IMG/VR virus record: IMGVR_UViG_3300036857_000036
Location: 1-56,318 of that record
DNA length: 56,318 nt
Source: a virus
Taxonomy: Duplodnaviria; Caudoviricetes
Strand: one strand, 5' to 3'
Every line of letters begins with the position of its first letter. Positions within the stretch are counted from its first letter, which is position 1. Under the pieces are notes generated by a model. It made no database searches and had not been told where the DNA came from. It worked only from the letters and a program-made list of their open reading frames with translations. The translations under genes and the position numbers were made by a program. Below are positions 8,993 to 17,697 of this stretch, piece after piece.

Positions 8993-9751
8993 CTATGAGA
9001 CCGGCACGTTGATGCCAGTCAAGTCTCCCTCATTGCAGACAGCGTACTGCCTGGTGAAGTGAAGCTTGCCCTTCTTGATCCGAACGGCGGCGCTGCCCTC
9101 GCGGATGCCCTTGAAGCTGACCTTCACCTTGCCGTTCGTGACCTTGATCGTCTTGACCTTGCTACCGATCGTCACCTTGACGGACTTTGCGCCCTTGAAT
9201 GACTTCGGCAGCGTGATCGTCACCGACCGCTTGGACTTGCAACGGTGGACGCTTTGACCCTGCGCTCCGGGCTGACCTGATGTCCCGCCCGTCCCTGCGG
9301 CTCCAGCCGGTCCGGTAGGACCAGGAGGACCGGGAGTGCCGGCAGGCGGCAGCGGGATGCATGTCGTCGGGTACTCGAAGATGGTCTCCTCGTCAGTGAG
9401 TTCACCATCTTGGAACGTCTGCTCGATGACTGTGAACCCGGGGACACCAATCTCGTTGGAGTCGCATGCAGCAGCGACCAGCGAGAAGTCCAGCTTGCCC
9501 GTAAACACGGGCGTCGGCGGCTCCTCAGGCTTGCCGCAGTGCTTGTGTCCGTCGCCATCCTCGAACGGTAGGTGATCCTTGCCGTCCTGTTCGTGCTTCG
9601 TCCAGTGCGCCGAGTTGGTGGGTGCGTCGATCAGAGCGAACGACCCATCCTGCTGACCATGACAGATCCAGCCCTTGTCCTGATCTGCTCCCGCCGAGCC
9701 GACGGCAAGAACCACAAATGCTGTAGCCAACGCCACAGTATAGCCCCTCAT
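8993..9751 (-). CDS. Secreted protein with His-rich N-domain, short collagen linker and basic Cys-bracketed C-terminal domain
   Basis: Signal peptide; WICH...AHWTKH...DH; GTPGPPGPTGPAG; CKSKRSVTITL...TRQYAVC. Confidence 0.75.
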   Translation of the reverse strand: MRGYTVALATAFVVLAVGSAGADQDKGWICHGQQDGSFALIDAPTNSAHWTKHEQDGKDHLPFEDGDGHKHCGKPEEPPTPVFTGKLDFSLVAAACDSNEIGVPGFTVIEQTFQDGELTDEETIFEYPTTCIPLPPAGTPGPPGPTGPAGAAGTGGTSGQPGAQGQSVHRCKSKRSVTITLPKSFKGAKSVKVTIGSKVKTIKVTNGKVKVSFKGIREGSAAVRIKKGKLHFTRQYAVCNEGDLTGINVPVS

Positions 9752-9939
9752 GAACCCTCCCTGTTTCGTTCCTCTTCAAATTGCTCGATCACGATGTCCA
9801 GTGCTTCTGCTGCTCTCTCCACGAGATAGGTCAGAGCGTGGCACAATCGTGTGATCTCACGATCCCGCTGCTCGATAAAGTTCGGCGGCAATCCAGTTGG
9901 CCGAGGCGGCGGTTGAGTTGGCCTTCGACCCCTAGCCAC
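9748..9939 (-). CDS. Hypothetical protein
   Basis: Overlaps both neighbours in an operon-like way. Confidence 0.5.
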   Translation of the reverse strand: MARGRRPTQPPPRPTGLPPNFIEQRDREITRLCHALTYLVERAAEALDIVIEQFEEERNREGS

Positions 9940-11809
9940 CCTTGCGCTCCTTCATCATCTGCCTCCGAACGTCGAGAATGTTCTTAGTAGTGATGCGCTT
10001 ATCCTTAGCTACCTTGTAGATGTCCTCCTCAATGGTCCCAATCGACCTGTAGTAGTACGCCGTAACATGGTGGATGCGACTGATGCGATGAATCCGATCT
10101 TCCAACTGCTCCTGGTCGTCGGGATTCCATGTCTCGTCCAAGATGTGAACGGTATCAGCCCGGTCGAGCGTGATGGCAACTCCGCCAGCCGTTGTGGTTA
10201 CGCAGAGTACGCGTGGACTGTCCTTGCCGCTCTGGAACCGTCGCACCAGATCGTTGCGCTTCCGCTCACTGATCTTGCCCGTGATCTTCTCGGACTTGAT
10301 CCCCATCTTGTTGAGCATATAGCAGACCCAGTCCACCATCTCGCGCGACTGGCTCGCGACGACTGCGACATCATCTCCTTCCTCATCGTTCTTGCGAATG
10401 CCAAGCTCATCCAGTCTCTCGACCAAATAGTCCAGTTTGCCCGAGTTGACCGGATAGACTCTGATCTCCTCCTCACCGTCAGCTTTCAGCCGCGTCGCAA
10501 CTGAGCACTCTGCGTTCGAGAACTGCTTCAAGCGCGTGTACTCCGCGAGCACACCGACAGCGCTGAGCCGATGCTCGTTGATCCGGATTTCCGCATCACG
10601 CTCCATCTTGGCGTACTGGTTGGACTGCCGCTTCGACATATCGCACCAGACATCGACTCGCTGAATCGGCGGTAGCTCGGGCACAACTTCTGACTTGAGC
10701 CGTCGCACGATGTAGCGAGCGTGGTCCGAGAAGAACTCATCCTCGCGACCGGGCTGAATGCCGCCGATCTTCTTGTGACCGTCGTATCCAGCCTCGATGT
10801 TGAGCCAAGTTTCAGCCCATCGCCACTTTGACGAGAACTTCGACTGATCGATGTGGTGAAGCGCGCCCCAGAGCTTGATCGGCTTTCCGCCCATTGGCGT
10901 ACCCGAGACCAGAAACAGACGCTCACGCTTGATGTTGCGAACGAGCTTGCCGAACTGTGTGCCCTTGCTCAAGTCACCTGAGACGTTGACGAGGCCCGTG
11001 GTGTGGTACTCGTCGATGATGACGGTCTTCCATTTCAGCTTCGCAAGCAGTGCCGGCAGCCCCTTGCGACACTGGGCTGCAGTCGTCACAAACCAGAATG
11101 GTTCCTTTCGCTTCTGGTGTGCTAGGACCTTACCCAAAATGGTGTCCAGTTCCCCAGGCGTGGTATCGCCGGAGAGAATGTAGACCGGATCGCCAACCCA
11201 CTCGTCAAGTTCGTACTGCCAGACGGTCCCAAGACTGGTCTTGGGCGCAACAACGAGTTGTGGCCCATTGTCTAGCTTCGCCTCGAACACGGCCGCAATG
11301 GTCTCGACCGTCTTGCCGAGGCCCGGCTCATTGGCGTTGATGATGTTGTTCTGCGCCATGAACTTGACGTCCGCACGTTGGTACGGTCGCAAGAACTCAG
11401 CCAAGTCTGGCAGGACTTCCGGGAGCACCTCCAGCTTCCCGTCGTCGGCCAGCGCCATCTTCCGCAGATTGCGTTCGATCTTGCGCTGCTCCCAGGCCCA
11501 TGCCTCAACCTGGGGTCCTGTATCGAGCGCCTCGCCAAAGATGTCTCGTAGCCGCCGCGCGACGGCCAGATCAAGCGGGACCGTCCAGTACGGCCCGCCA
11601 TCCTCCTTGGGCGTAAAGCGTCCGGGCAGCGCCTTGACTGCATCCTTGATCTCAGGCGCGTATGGGAACCAGACTTGGATTCTGGTTCGATCCTCCGTCA
11701 GTTCACAATATGGTCCAATCACCGCCCATACCTGTCTTGTTTCAGGAGTTCTGAACCTCAGTTTGACTTTGCGTTGCGACGCTGTCGTCTTTGGCGACAT
11801 TGATTGCAA
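9932..11809 (-). CDS. SNF2-family (SF2) helicase
   Basis: LRPYQ, NEPGLGKT, IIDEYH, SGTP, GGVAITL, QLEDRIHRI. Confidence 0.9.
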   Translation of the reverse strand: MQSMSPKTTASQRKVKLRFRTPETRQVWAVIGPYCELTEDRTRIQVWFPYAPEIKDAVKALPGRFTPKEDGGPYWTVPLDLAVARRLRDIFGEALDTGPQVEAWAWEQRKIERNLRKMALADDGKLEVLPEVLPDLAEFLRPYQRADVKFMAQNNIINANEPGLGKTVETIAAVFEAKLDNGPQLVVAPKTSLGTVWQYELDEWVGDPVYILSGDTTPGELDTILGKVLAHQKRKEPFWFVTTAAQCRKGLPALLAKLKWKTVIIDEYHTTGLVNVSGDLSKGTQFGKLVRNIKRERLFLVSGTPMGGKPIKLWGALHHIDQSKFSSKWRWAETWLNIEAGYDGHKKIGGIQPGREDEFFSDHARYIVRRLKSEVVPELPPIQRVDVWCDMSKRQSNQYAKMERDAEIRINEHRLSAVGVLAEYTRLKQFSNAECSVATRLKADGEEEIRVYPVNSGKLDYLVERLDELGIRKNDEEGDDVAVVASQSREMVDWVCYMLNKMGIKSEKITGKISERKRNDLVRRFQSGKDSPRVLCVTTTAGGVAITLDRADTVHILDETWNPDDQEQLEDRIHRISRIHHVTAYYYRSIGTIEEDIYKVAKDKRITTKNILDVRRQMMKERKGG

Positions 11810-12144
11810 TCGCAGAGTTGCGTGACGCGGTAGAGCTGATATGCCGCCTCGACCGCTGCCGCAAGCGCAGCAGTTGCTGCTTCCGCCGCCTTTCGCGCAG
11901 CAGCGTCGAGTTCCAGATGCATCGGCGGCATCTCCTTCATCTCTTGCGCATGTTGCTCACGAAACCAATTGGACTTGTCGACCATGTCGTCGCCCGAAAT
12001 CTTCAACATGCCGGCCTGCTCCAGATGTTGCAACGGAGCCCAGTCAGAGGTTCCCAACACCAACCGCTTGATGGGATTATCCGTGAGCGCGAGTCGCTCC
12101 AATTCCTCGCGAGTGTACTCTAATCTCTTGTCGTGTGCTGCCAT
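11758..12144 (-). CDS. Hypothetical protein
   Basis: AAGGAG RBS; helical composition. Confidence 0.6.
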   Translation of the reverse strand: MAAHDKRLEYTREELERLALTDNPIKRLVLGTSDWAPLQHLEQAGMLKISGDDMVDKSNWFREQHAQEMKEMPPMHLELDAAARKAAEAATAALAAAVEAAYQLYRVTQLCDCNQCRQRRQRRNAKSN

Positions 12145-12159
12145 AATTCTCCTTCAGGC

Positions 12160-12207
12160 GGGCTGAGCGACCAGATGGGGGGATCTTGGGGTCTAGCCGC
12201 CCAGCCC
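12160..12207 (-). terminator. 16-bp stem hairpin downstream of the rpf-like gene
   Basis: Arms 12160-12175 and 12192-12207 pair fully on the minus strand when G-U pairs are allowed. Confidence 0.5.
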
Positions 12208-12231
12208 ACGTTGGTCTATGCGCTCAAGGAA

Positions 12232-12663
12232 TCATCCGCAAACAGGCCAACCTCCTGGCGAGTGCGGGTTGCCAATCATGTTACGCCAAACAACTGCGCG
12301 GTAGTCCTGCTCCAGCGGCTCGGCGAGATGCGGCATCCCGTGCCCTCCGGCAGCATACCAGGTCGAGAGCACGAACTGGTACGCGCCGTAAAAGCCATTG
12401 CCCGTATTGATGCGGTAGTTACCTCCTGATTCGCACATCCTTGTTGAGAACAGCCATGCCCGGAAGGGCTTGGTCGCCTTCCACCATTTGTGGAGGGTCT
12501 TCATGTGGGACTTCTTGTCCATCCTCTTGTCACATGCCCTGGACTGGCATCCCTCGTGACGGTAGTGCGCATGTCCCTTGCGCGTCTGATGCTCTGCCAC
12601 CTGGGCGGACGCGACTGCCGGAACGGCGAACATCAGGATCGAAACGACAGAAATGAACTTCAT
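12232..12663 (-). CDS. rpf: Secreted resuscitation-promoting factor (Rpf)-type lytic transglycosylase
   Basis: Signal peptide (AVASA-Q); CESGGNYRINTGNGFYGAYQF..STW...GG...EQ...GWPVCG is the Rpf core with catalytic Glu and both Cys. Confidence 0.9.
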   Translation of the reverse strand: MKFISVVSILMFAVPAVASAQVAEHQTRKGHAHYRHEGCQSRACDKRMDKKSHMKTLHKWWKATKPFRAWLFSTRMCESGGNYRINTGNGFYGAYQFVLSTWYAAGGHGMPHLAEPLEQDYRAVVWRNMIGNPHSPGGWPVCG

Positions 12664-12761
12664 AACTTCCTTTGGTAGCTTCCTTGTCTAGCCGGGACCA
12701 CCTACGTGACTTCGGTATCGGTCCCATTGGTTAGCCAGGTGTGCTGCTCCTTTCTCCCTGC

Positions 12762-12968
12762 CTACAGAATCCTACTGACCTTGAAGCAGTACGTACAGCT
12801 ACGAGCTACGAGATGTCTATTACGCATTGAGTGAAGCCAAGGTCCGCGTCTAACCCAAGCGACGCCCCCACACCGAGGACATTCTATGCGCATCCAGCCC
12901 GCGCCGGTGTACTCCATTTTGAACATTGGCAGCTGCTTGTGGAACTCTCCTTGTGGTCGTTTTTTCAT
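12762..12968 (-). CDS. Small zinc-ribbon protein
   Basis: CPRC...CTYC. Confidence 0.55.
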   Translation of the reverse strand: MKKRPQGEFHKQLPMFKMEYTGAGWMRIECPRCGGVAWVRRGPWLHSMRNRHLVARSCTYCFKVSRIL

Positions 12969-13204
12969 ACTCCGTGCCTCGCTGCGACACGGATCGCCGC
13001 ATTGACTTCCTCACGATTGAGAAGGTCAGCGAACGCTTGGGCGCGATCATACCGCCTTTTGGGGTAGCGTCGCATCACGTCACCATACGTGTTGCTACGA
13101 ACCGCGTAAAGTCCATCCTCATCAAGGTGCGGCGCCCACCGTGAATAGTACATCCACGGAGCCTGCTCCCGGCGCTTATGTCGCTTCTTCCGGGCCACGG
13201 CCAT
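12965..13204 (-). CDS. Hypothetical protein
   Basis: Coupled to the downstream ORF. Confidence 0.55.
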   Translation of the reverse strand: MAVARKKRHKRREQAPWMYYSRWAPHLDEDGLYAVRSNTYGDVMRRYPKRRYDRAQAFADLLNREEVNAAIRVAARHGV

Positions 13205-13282
13205 CCCCTATTCGGCCTGGAACGTCGAGGGTCGGCCTCGGAGGCCCGGAGAAGATGAGTACGGCATGTTAGCGGATGAATC
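13201..13282 (-). repeat. 82-bp dispersed imperfect repeat, copy B
   Basis: Reverse complement matches 49670-49751 at 56/82 positions without gaps (counted by hand). Confidence 0.7.
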
Positions 13283-13298
13283 CGTGAGGCGGCCGGAC

Positions 13299-13511
13299 CT
13301 AGGCGGCGGCGCGCTCCTCAATCACACCGTTCCCCGCAGACACCCGCATCTCCATGCGGGGCCTGGGCGTAATCTTGCCCTCCGGGATGTGAAGCTCGCG
13401 AAGCGCTGCGTTGATCCTGCCGACGCGCTCCAGATGCTCCGCCTCCAGCTGCTTCCGGTGAGAGAGCAGGTCCGCGCTGAGCTGCTTCTCGAAGTCACTC
13501 ATATGCTTCAT
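13299..13511 (-). CDS. Hypothetical protein
   Basis: ORF with RBS in the small-gene array. Confidence 0.55.
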   Translation of the reverse strand: MKHMSDFEKQLSADLLSHRKQLEAEHLERVGRINAALRELHIPEGKITPRPRMEMRVSAGNGVIEERAAA

Positions 13512-13520
13512 TTTCAGTCC

Positions 13521-13712
13521 TTACAACAGTTTATAGTTCACAGCGCGCTTGATTGCCCGCTTGTTGTCGTTGCCATCCACTTCCTTGAGACTGCCAGTCT
13601 CACGGTAGATGTATAGCAATCGCCTCAGCTGCTCGTGAGTATAGGTCCGGTACAGGCGTGCCATCGCCTGCGCGTTCAGCCTACGCTCCCGGGCTGAGAC
13701 TTCGTCAGTCAA
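13521..13712 (-). CDS. Hypothetical protein
   Basis: ORF in the small-gene array. Confidence 0.55.
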   Translation of the reverse strand: MTDEVSARERRLNAQAMARLYRTYTHEQLRRLLYIYRETGSLKEVDGNDNKRAIKRAVNYKLL

Positions 13713-13935
13713 CCTTCACCTCCTCGATCACGTTGTTCGCGTCAAGTCCTTCCCATCCGAACCTGCCGCCGTAGTCGGCGTGGTCCTCGTCCGTACCGTC
13801 CCACTCGACGTACCAGTTCCCGACCTTGTCGGGACCGTCGATCACAGTGCCCCGGAACATCGTCGGGCTGCCGTATGGCGCGCTACCTCCGGACACCTCG
13901 ACTCGGCATCCGATCCGCACTTCAATCACACTCAC
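13705..13935 (-). CDS. Hypothetical protein (SH3-like beta barrel possible)
   Basis: RIGCRVEV...RGTVI...WYVEWD; GGAGGT RBS. Confidence 0.55.
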   Translation of the reverse strand: MSVIEVRIGCRVEVSGGSAPYGSPTMFRGTVIDGPDKVGNWYVEWDGTDEDHADYGGRFGWEGLDANNVIEEVKVD

Positions 13936-14116
13936 TCACCTCCTCATCCTCATCGTAATCTCCATGCCCCCAGGGAATGAAATCGTCGTCCAGTTCTCTG
14001 GACGTCGCTTCCTTGATCTCCTCATCGGAACGCGGATCGCCACCCCAACGAACCTCATTCCAATAGTCCATGTTGTCGACCAAATCCTCTTGGTCGAAAT
14101 TGTCCCATCCAGACAT
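13922..14116 (-). CDS. Small acidic protein
   Basis: GGAGG RBS; very D/E rich; first gene after the conserved promoter. Confidence 0.55.
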   Translation of the reverse strand: MSGWDNFDQEDLVDNMDYWNEVRWGGDPRSDEEIKEATSRELDDDFIPWGHGDYDEDEEVSECD

Positions 14117-14205
14117 TGGGCCTCCAGTCCTTAGTCCAGTCAATTGACGCGGGAGGCCTCATTGCCTCCCAAGCTCTGAGAACCCCCGCCTCCCGCGTCG
14201 AGCCG

Positions 14206-14238
14206 AGTCTACTATAACTCCATAAAGCGGAGCTAAAG
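14206..14238 (-). promoter_or_regulatory. Phage-specific promoter motif, copy 2
   Basis: CTTTAG-N5-CTTTATG-N8-GTAGACT. Confidence 0.75.
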
Positions 14239-14242
14239 CGAT

Positions 14243-14353
14243 TCATCGCCGCATCTTATCATATACAACAACAAGAACGGCGATGATAGCTATCCAGACT
14301 ACAACAGCAAGGACGATGAGGCCATCAGCCCCATCAAGTAGTCGGCTGAGCAT
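14243..14353 (-). CDS. Very small single-pass membrane protein
   Basis: LIVLAVVVWIAIIAVLVVVY followed by DKMRR. Confidence 0.4.
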   Translation of the reverse strand: MLSRLLDGADGLIVLAVVVWIAIIAVLVVVYDKMRR

Positions 14354-14594
14354 CCCCCGGAGTGTCGGGCTGCACGATCTGCTCGCCCTGTGGAGTGACT
14401 TCCTCGATGCCAGGATCGTACGTCGGCTGAACGATGGTCCCATCCTGCTGAACCGTGCCCGTGTGATCCTCAAGGATCTCACTTGTGACGGTATTGACAA
14501 CCGCCCCAACCGGCAGCCCGAGCGCCTTGATGAGAGCGTCGGCGTGACCCTTGTCCTCGGCCGCGAAGTTGATTGACATGTGAACGTTGATCAT
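14334..14594 (-). CDS. Hypothetical protein (possible fiber-associated)
   Basis: Directly follows the tail collar gene. Confidence 0.55.
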   Translation of the reverse strand: MINVHMSINFAAEDKGHADALIKALGLPVGAVVNTVTSEILEDHTGTVQQDGTIVQPTYDPGIEEVTPQGEQIVQPDTPGDAQPTT

Positions 14595-14596
14595 GA

Positions 14597-15319
14597 CTAC
14601 CTTCCCGCGTAGATGTAGACAGGCACAGCGAGTGACGGCTGCGTGTTATCGTGGTTCTGTGTGCTACCAACCGCATCGATGTAAACGCCCGTCCCTGCCG
14701 CATAGAGGCTGATTCCAGTCCCAGCAAACGCAACGGAGATTGGAGCATTGTAACGCCACGGTGCGCCAGCATTATCGGAGAGCATTCCGACGCCGCCACC
14801 GCCAATGCTCATTGAGAAGTCAGGGATCGATGACGACACGCCATGGTTGTGACTCGGATCGTACACACTGTGAGCATGTCCCGGATCGTGTAGCGGGTGG
14901 TTATGCGACGGCAATTGTGCGACAGACAACGCCACGGCCTCAACGCCCCAACGTGTCGCAACCGGCCGTGCGGTCACTCCCGTCTGCGCCGGTCCAGCCC
15001 CGACCAAGGCGCGACCGTTAGTTGTTGGTAGCCTGAACTGTGCAGCAGTCTCGCCGCCGGTGTTCCAAGTTGTGTCAAGCTTGGCGGCCAACTCAGGATA
15101 GTCGGCACGGTTGAGGATCTGTCCGAGAACCTGAAGCCACTTCGCATCCGGCGGCCCGCCTGCAAAGATCCGCATCTCACCGATCACGAAGATGCGAGTG
15201 AGCATCATGCTCTCGATAGCTTCCATCATGGCCTGCTCTTCCTGCGCTACATCAACGTCATCATCCGGCGTCGAGTACGGCAGGCCAAGAACAGGAGTCC
15301 TACCACTGAGGTAGGTCAT
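14597..15319 (-). CDS. Tail fiber protein with tail collar domain
   Basis: IGEMRIFAG...GQILNRADYPEL...FRLP; HNH/HAH/HNH His motifs; HDNTQPSLAV. Confidence 0.85.
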   Translation of the reverse strand: MTYLSGRTPVLGLPYSTPDDDVDVAQEEQAMMEAIESMMLTRIFVIGEMRIFAGGPPDAKWLQVLGQILNRADYPELAAKLDTTWNTGGETAAQFRLPTTNGRALVGAGPAQTGVTARPVATRWGVEAVALSVAQLPSHNHPLHDPGHAHSVYDPSHNHGVSSSIPDFSMSIGGGGVGMLSDNAGAPWRYNAPISVAFAGTGISLYAAGTGVYIDAVGSTQNHDNTQPSLAVPVYIYAGR

Positions 15320-15933
15320 GCAACCGGCCCCCTCTTCAGATCGCGATGTGTTGGATACAAGGTGTGAAGCTCGCTGTGGAGATAGTGATACGAAGCAAGC
15401 TGCTCGTGATCCCACGTATCCACAGTCCGATAGTTCAGAACGATGCCGCCCGGCTTCTGCGTTAGGATCGCGCGTCGCACCGCCGATGGATCAGGAGTCT
15501 CGTTGTTGAGAGAAACAATCTCCAGAACGTAGGCATCCCCGCCATCACGCTCGCGGAAGAACATGCTCTTGCTTCCAGTCAAGAACAGACCCGCAACTGT
15601 TCTGATAGCGGCTGGTCCTCCCCGCGCCATGTTCGAGAGCGCCTTGATAACAGTTCGTGCATCTGATGGGCTGATGCTTGACGGCAGAATGATTCCAACG
15701 ATTTGCGCCAGCCACGGCAGCGCCCAGTCCGGGCAAATATCGACATTGAAGATTGGCGACCATGGTGGCCATGGATCAGGCGGATCAACAACCTCAGCCA
15801 CCTGCGCCCAAGGTCGCATCATGCCCTCGCACATATAGGCATGCGCATAACCGTAGTCAGCGTCGTGTTGCGCCATGGGCTGAGTACGCACTCTCAACCT
15901 CAGCCCGAGAGGGGTGTGGACGGGTGGATCCAT
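15316..15933 (-). CDS. Baseplate wedge/tail protein I-like
   Basis: DICPDWALPWLAQIVG, RGGPAAI, QKPGGI; follows baseplate J. Confidence 0.8.
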   Translation of the reverse strand: MDPPVHTPLGLRLRVRTQPMAQHDADYGYAHAYMCEGMMRPWAQVAEVVDPPDPWPPWSPIFNVDICPDWALPWLAQIVGIILPSSISPSDARTVIKALSNMARGGPAAIRTVAGLFLTGSKSMFFRERDGGDAYVLEIVSLNNETPDPSAVRRAILTQKPGGIVLNYRTVDTWDHEQLASYHYLHSELHTLYPTHRDLKRGPVA

Positions 15934-17156
15934 CAGGACTCAGCTGCCGTGATCGTAATTGTTCCTGCTTGCGGTAGCGGCGCGATCCCAGGCAGCGCTA
16001 TGTCTGCTGCGGCAAAGGCGTTTGGCGGAATCCGCATCTGGACGGACTTGACGCGATAGACACCGCCGCCACGGTTGAGCCAGTCCACGGCCTCGTACAA
16101 CCAGACGGTGTTGTCGTTCGCCCATTCGACGCCTTCGCCAGAACCAGCACCTGGCGGCGCTCCCCAGTTGGCCGGATCGAGCCAAGTCTGCACCATGCCG
16201 GTTGCGCCGTCGATTGCGTCCTGATCGCTGAATCCCGGGTAGGACACGACGACGGCCTGCACATCGATGGTGGTGTACGTCGGACCGATGACGTAGTTGA
16301 GGAAGTTGACCTCACGGTTCGCATCTAGATCCGCGTACACATCCTGCTTCAGATCGGCAGATGGCTCCTCAAAGTTCACATCCGTGATGGCGACCGTCGT
16401 GCAGCGCGGCACATCGATTGCGCCGTCGGGATCGTACTCAGGAGCGTCGATGTCCCCAACCGGCTCGGCTGTTGCCGGAGGCATGTAGAGGTCAATGGCC
16501 GTAGCCCGCCCAACGCCCGGAATGTGACGGGCGCGCTTCGCGTGATCAGACGGCAGAATCGGGTGCGTATTCAAGAGTGTAAGTGTATCGGTCAGCCGGT
16601 CAAGGTACTGCTGCGGTGTTTCCGGATCTGTCCCATTGACGGCGGTATCCGCAACGATGCTTTCGACACCATCGACGGGCTCGACCAGATCGCAGTCGCC
16701 AAATGCCCCATTGCCATTGAGGCCTGCGTCCAGCGCCACGAGTTGGAAGGGAATGTTGCCACCGCCCGACGGTGCAACCAGATCACGATCAGTCAAAAAG
16801 ATGAGCGGCGTACCCGAGGGATGCGGCACTCCGACTTGTGATTGCGCCTGGACCACGACCGGACCTGTGTCGTCTGCGAAGGTGATGACAGCCTGCGCGA
16901 CTGCCGGCGTGCCCTGCTGGATCGGAATGCCGTAGATCGTCGTGCCGATATAGATCATCGCCTCAGGCGGCACCTGCGCTGCCTGATCGATGACTTCAGA
17001 GCCGATCTGCGACGATCCCTCGATCAACACCGAGTCTGGGCTAGAGGCGTTGTACTCCCACCCAGGGATGACGTCTTCCATGTAACCAACGCCAATGTCG
17101 GTCAGCGAGTCGAAGTCGCCAATCAGATCAAGTTGAACGTATCCCTGGTCGGACAT
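15933..17156 (-). CDS. Baseplate J-like protein
   Basis: AGLNGN, GTDPETPQQYLDRL, IPGVGRA. Confidence 0.88.
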   Translation of the reverse strand: MSDQGYVQLDLIGDFDSLTDIGVGYMEDVIPGWEYNASSPDSVLIEGSSQIGSEVIDQAAQVPPEAMIYIGTTIYGIPIQQGTPAVAQAVITFADDTGPVVVQAQSQVGVPHPSGTPLIFLTDRDLVAPSGGGNIPFQLVALDAGLNGNGAFGDCDLVEPVDGVESIVADTAVNGTDPETPQQYLDRLTDTLTLLNTHPILPSDHAKRARHIPGVGRATAIDLYMPPATAEPVGDIDAPEYDPDGAIDVPRCTTVAITDVNFEEPSADLKQDVYADLDANREVNFLNYVIGPTYTTIDVQAVVVSYPGFSDQDAIDGATGMVQTWLDPANWGAPPGAGSGEGVEWANDNTVWLYEAVDWLNRGGGVYRVKSVQMRIPPNAFAAADIALPGIAPLPQAGTITITAAES

Positions 17157-17159
17157 CTG

Positions 17160-17498
17160 CTACTCCTGCGGAAGTTCATCAGAGGTGGGAACGGTGACTC
17201 TCAGCCGGACGGTTGTCTTGCCGCGATCAGTCGGGTCATCGTATTCTTCCAGATCGACGTCAGCGCGCGGCTCAAAGATCGCGCAAGCCTTGCCGATGTC
17301 GGAAGTGTCGATGGGCTGGTTATTGAAGGTGGGATCGAAGATGCCGAAGTCCGGGCGCTCAATGCGAAATCCGCGCAGATAGGAAACGAGCACTCCGACA
17401 CACTGAGCAACCTCATCATCCGTGTCCTGCTGCACAGTCACGTACTGGCCCGTATCTGTGAGCCGAATCGGCCAAGCAAGATGCGGAATACTATCCAC
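17160..17498 (-). CDS. Baseplate gp25/GPW-like protein
   Basis: GFRIERPDFGI...FEPRA; GTG start with GGAGG RBS. Confidence 0.75.
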   Translation of the reverse strand: MDSIPHLAWPIRLTDTGQYVTVQQDTDDEVAQCVGVLVSYLRGFRIERPDFGIFDPTFNNQPIDTSDIGKACAIFEPRADVDLEEYDDPTDRGKTTVRLRVTVPTSDELPQE

Positions 17499-17697
17499 CA
17501 GCAACCTCCACTTCCGGCGGATTGACTCTGGCCTCATGCGCCTCGGGATCGGCGAGGTTGGTGAGAGCTTCCTCGTCATCGTCACGTACGTACGTGGACA
17601 TTCCGTAGCCGCCGATGTGCCAGATCGGCACGCCCTCAACCTCCTGGCTTTGGTTGACCTCGTAGCCCCACGCACGTAGTTGATCTAGTGATTCCAT
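17491..17697 (-). CDS. Hypothetical protein
   Basis: Coupled within the tail operon. Confidence 0.55.
   Translation of the reverse strand: MESLDQLRAWGYEVNQSQEVEGVPIWHIGGYGMSTYVRDDDEEALTNLADPEAHEARVNPPEVEVAGG

Noticed and set aside
12664-12761. c-di-AMP (ydaO) or c-di-GMP riboswitch before rpf
   Set aside because: Conserved consensus blocks not found by eye and the region is short.
13201-13282. HDV-like ribozyme in the 82-bp repeat
   Set aside because: The CGAAU-GGG end is suggestive, but P1/P3/L3 could not be built consistently in both copies.
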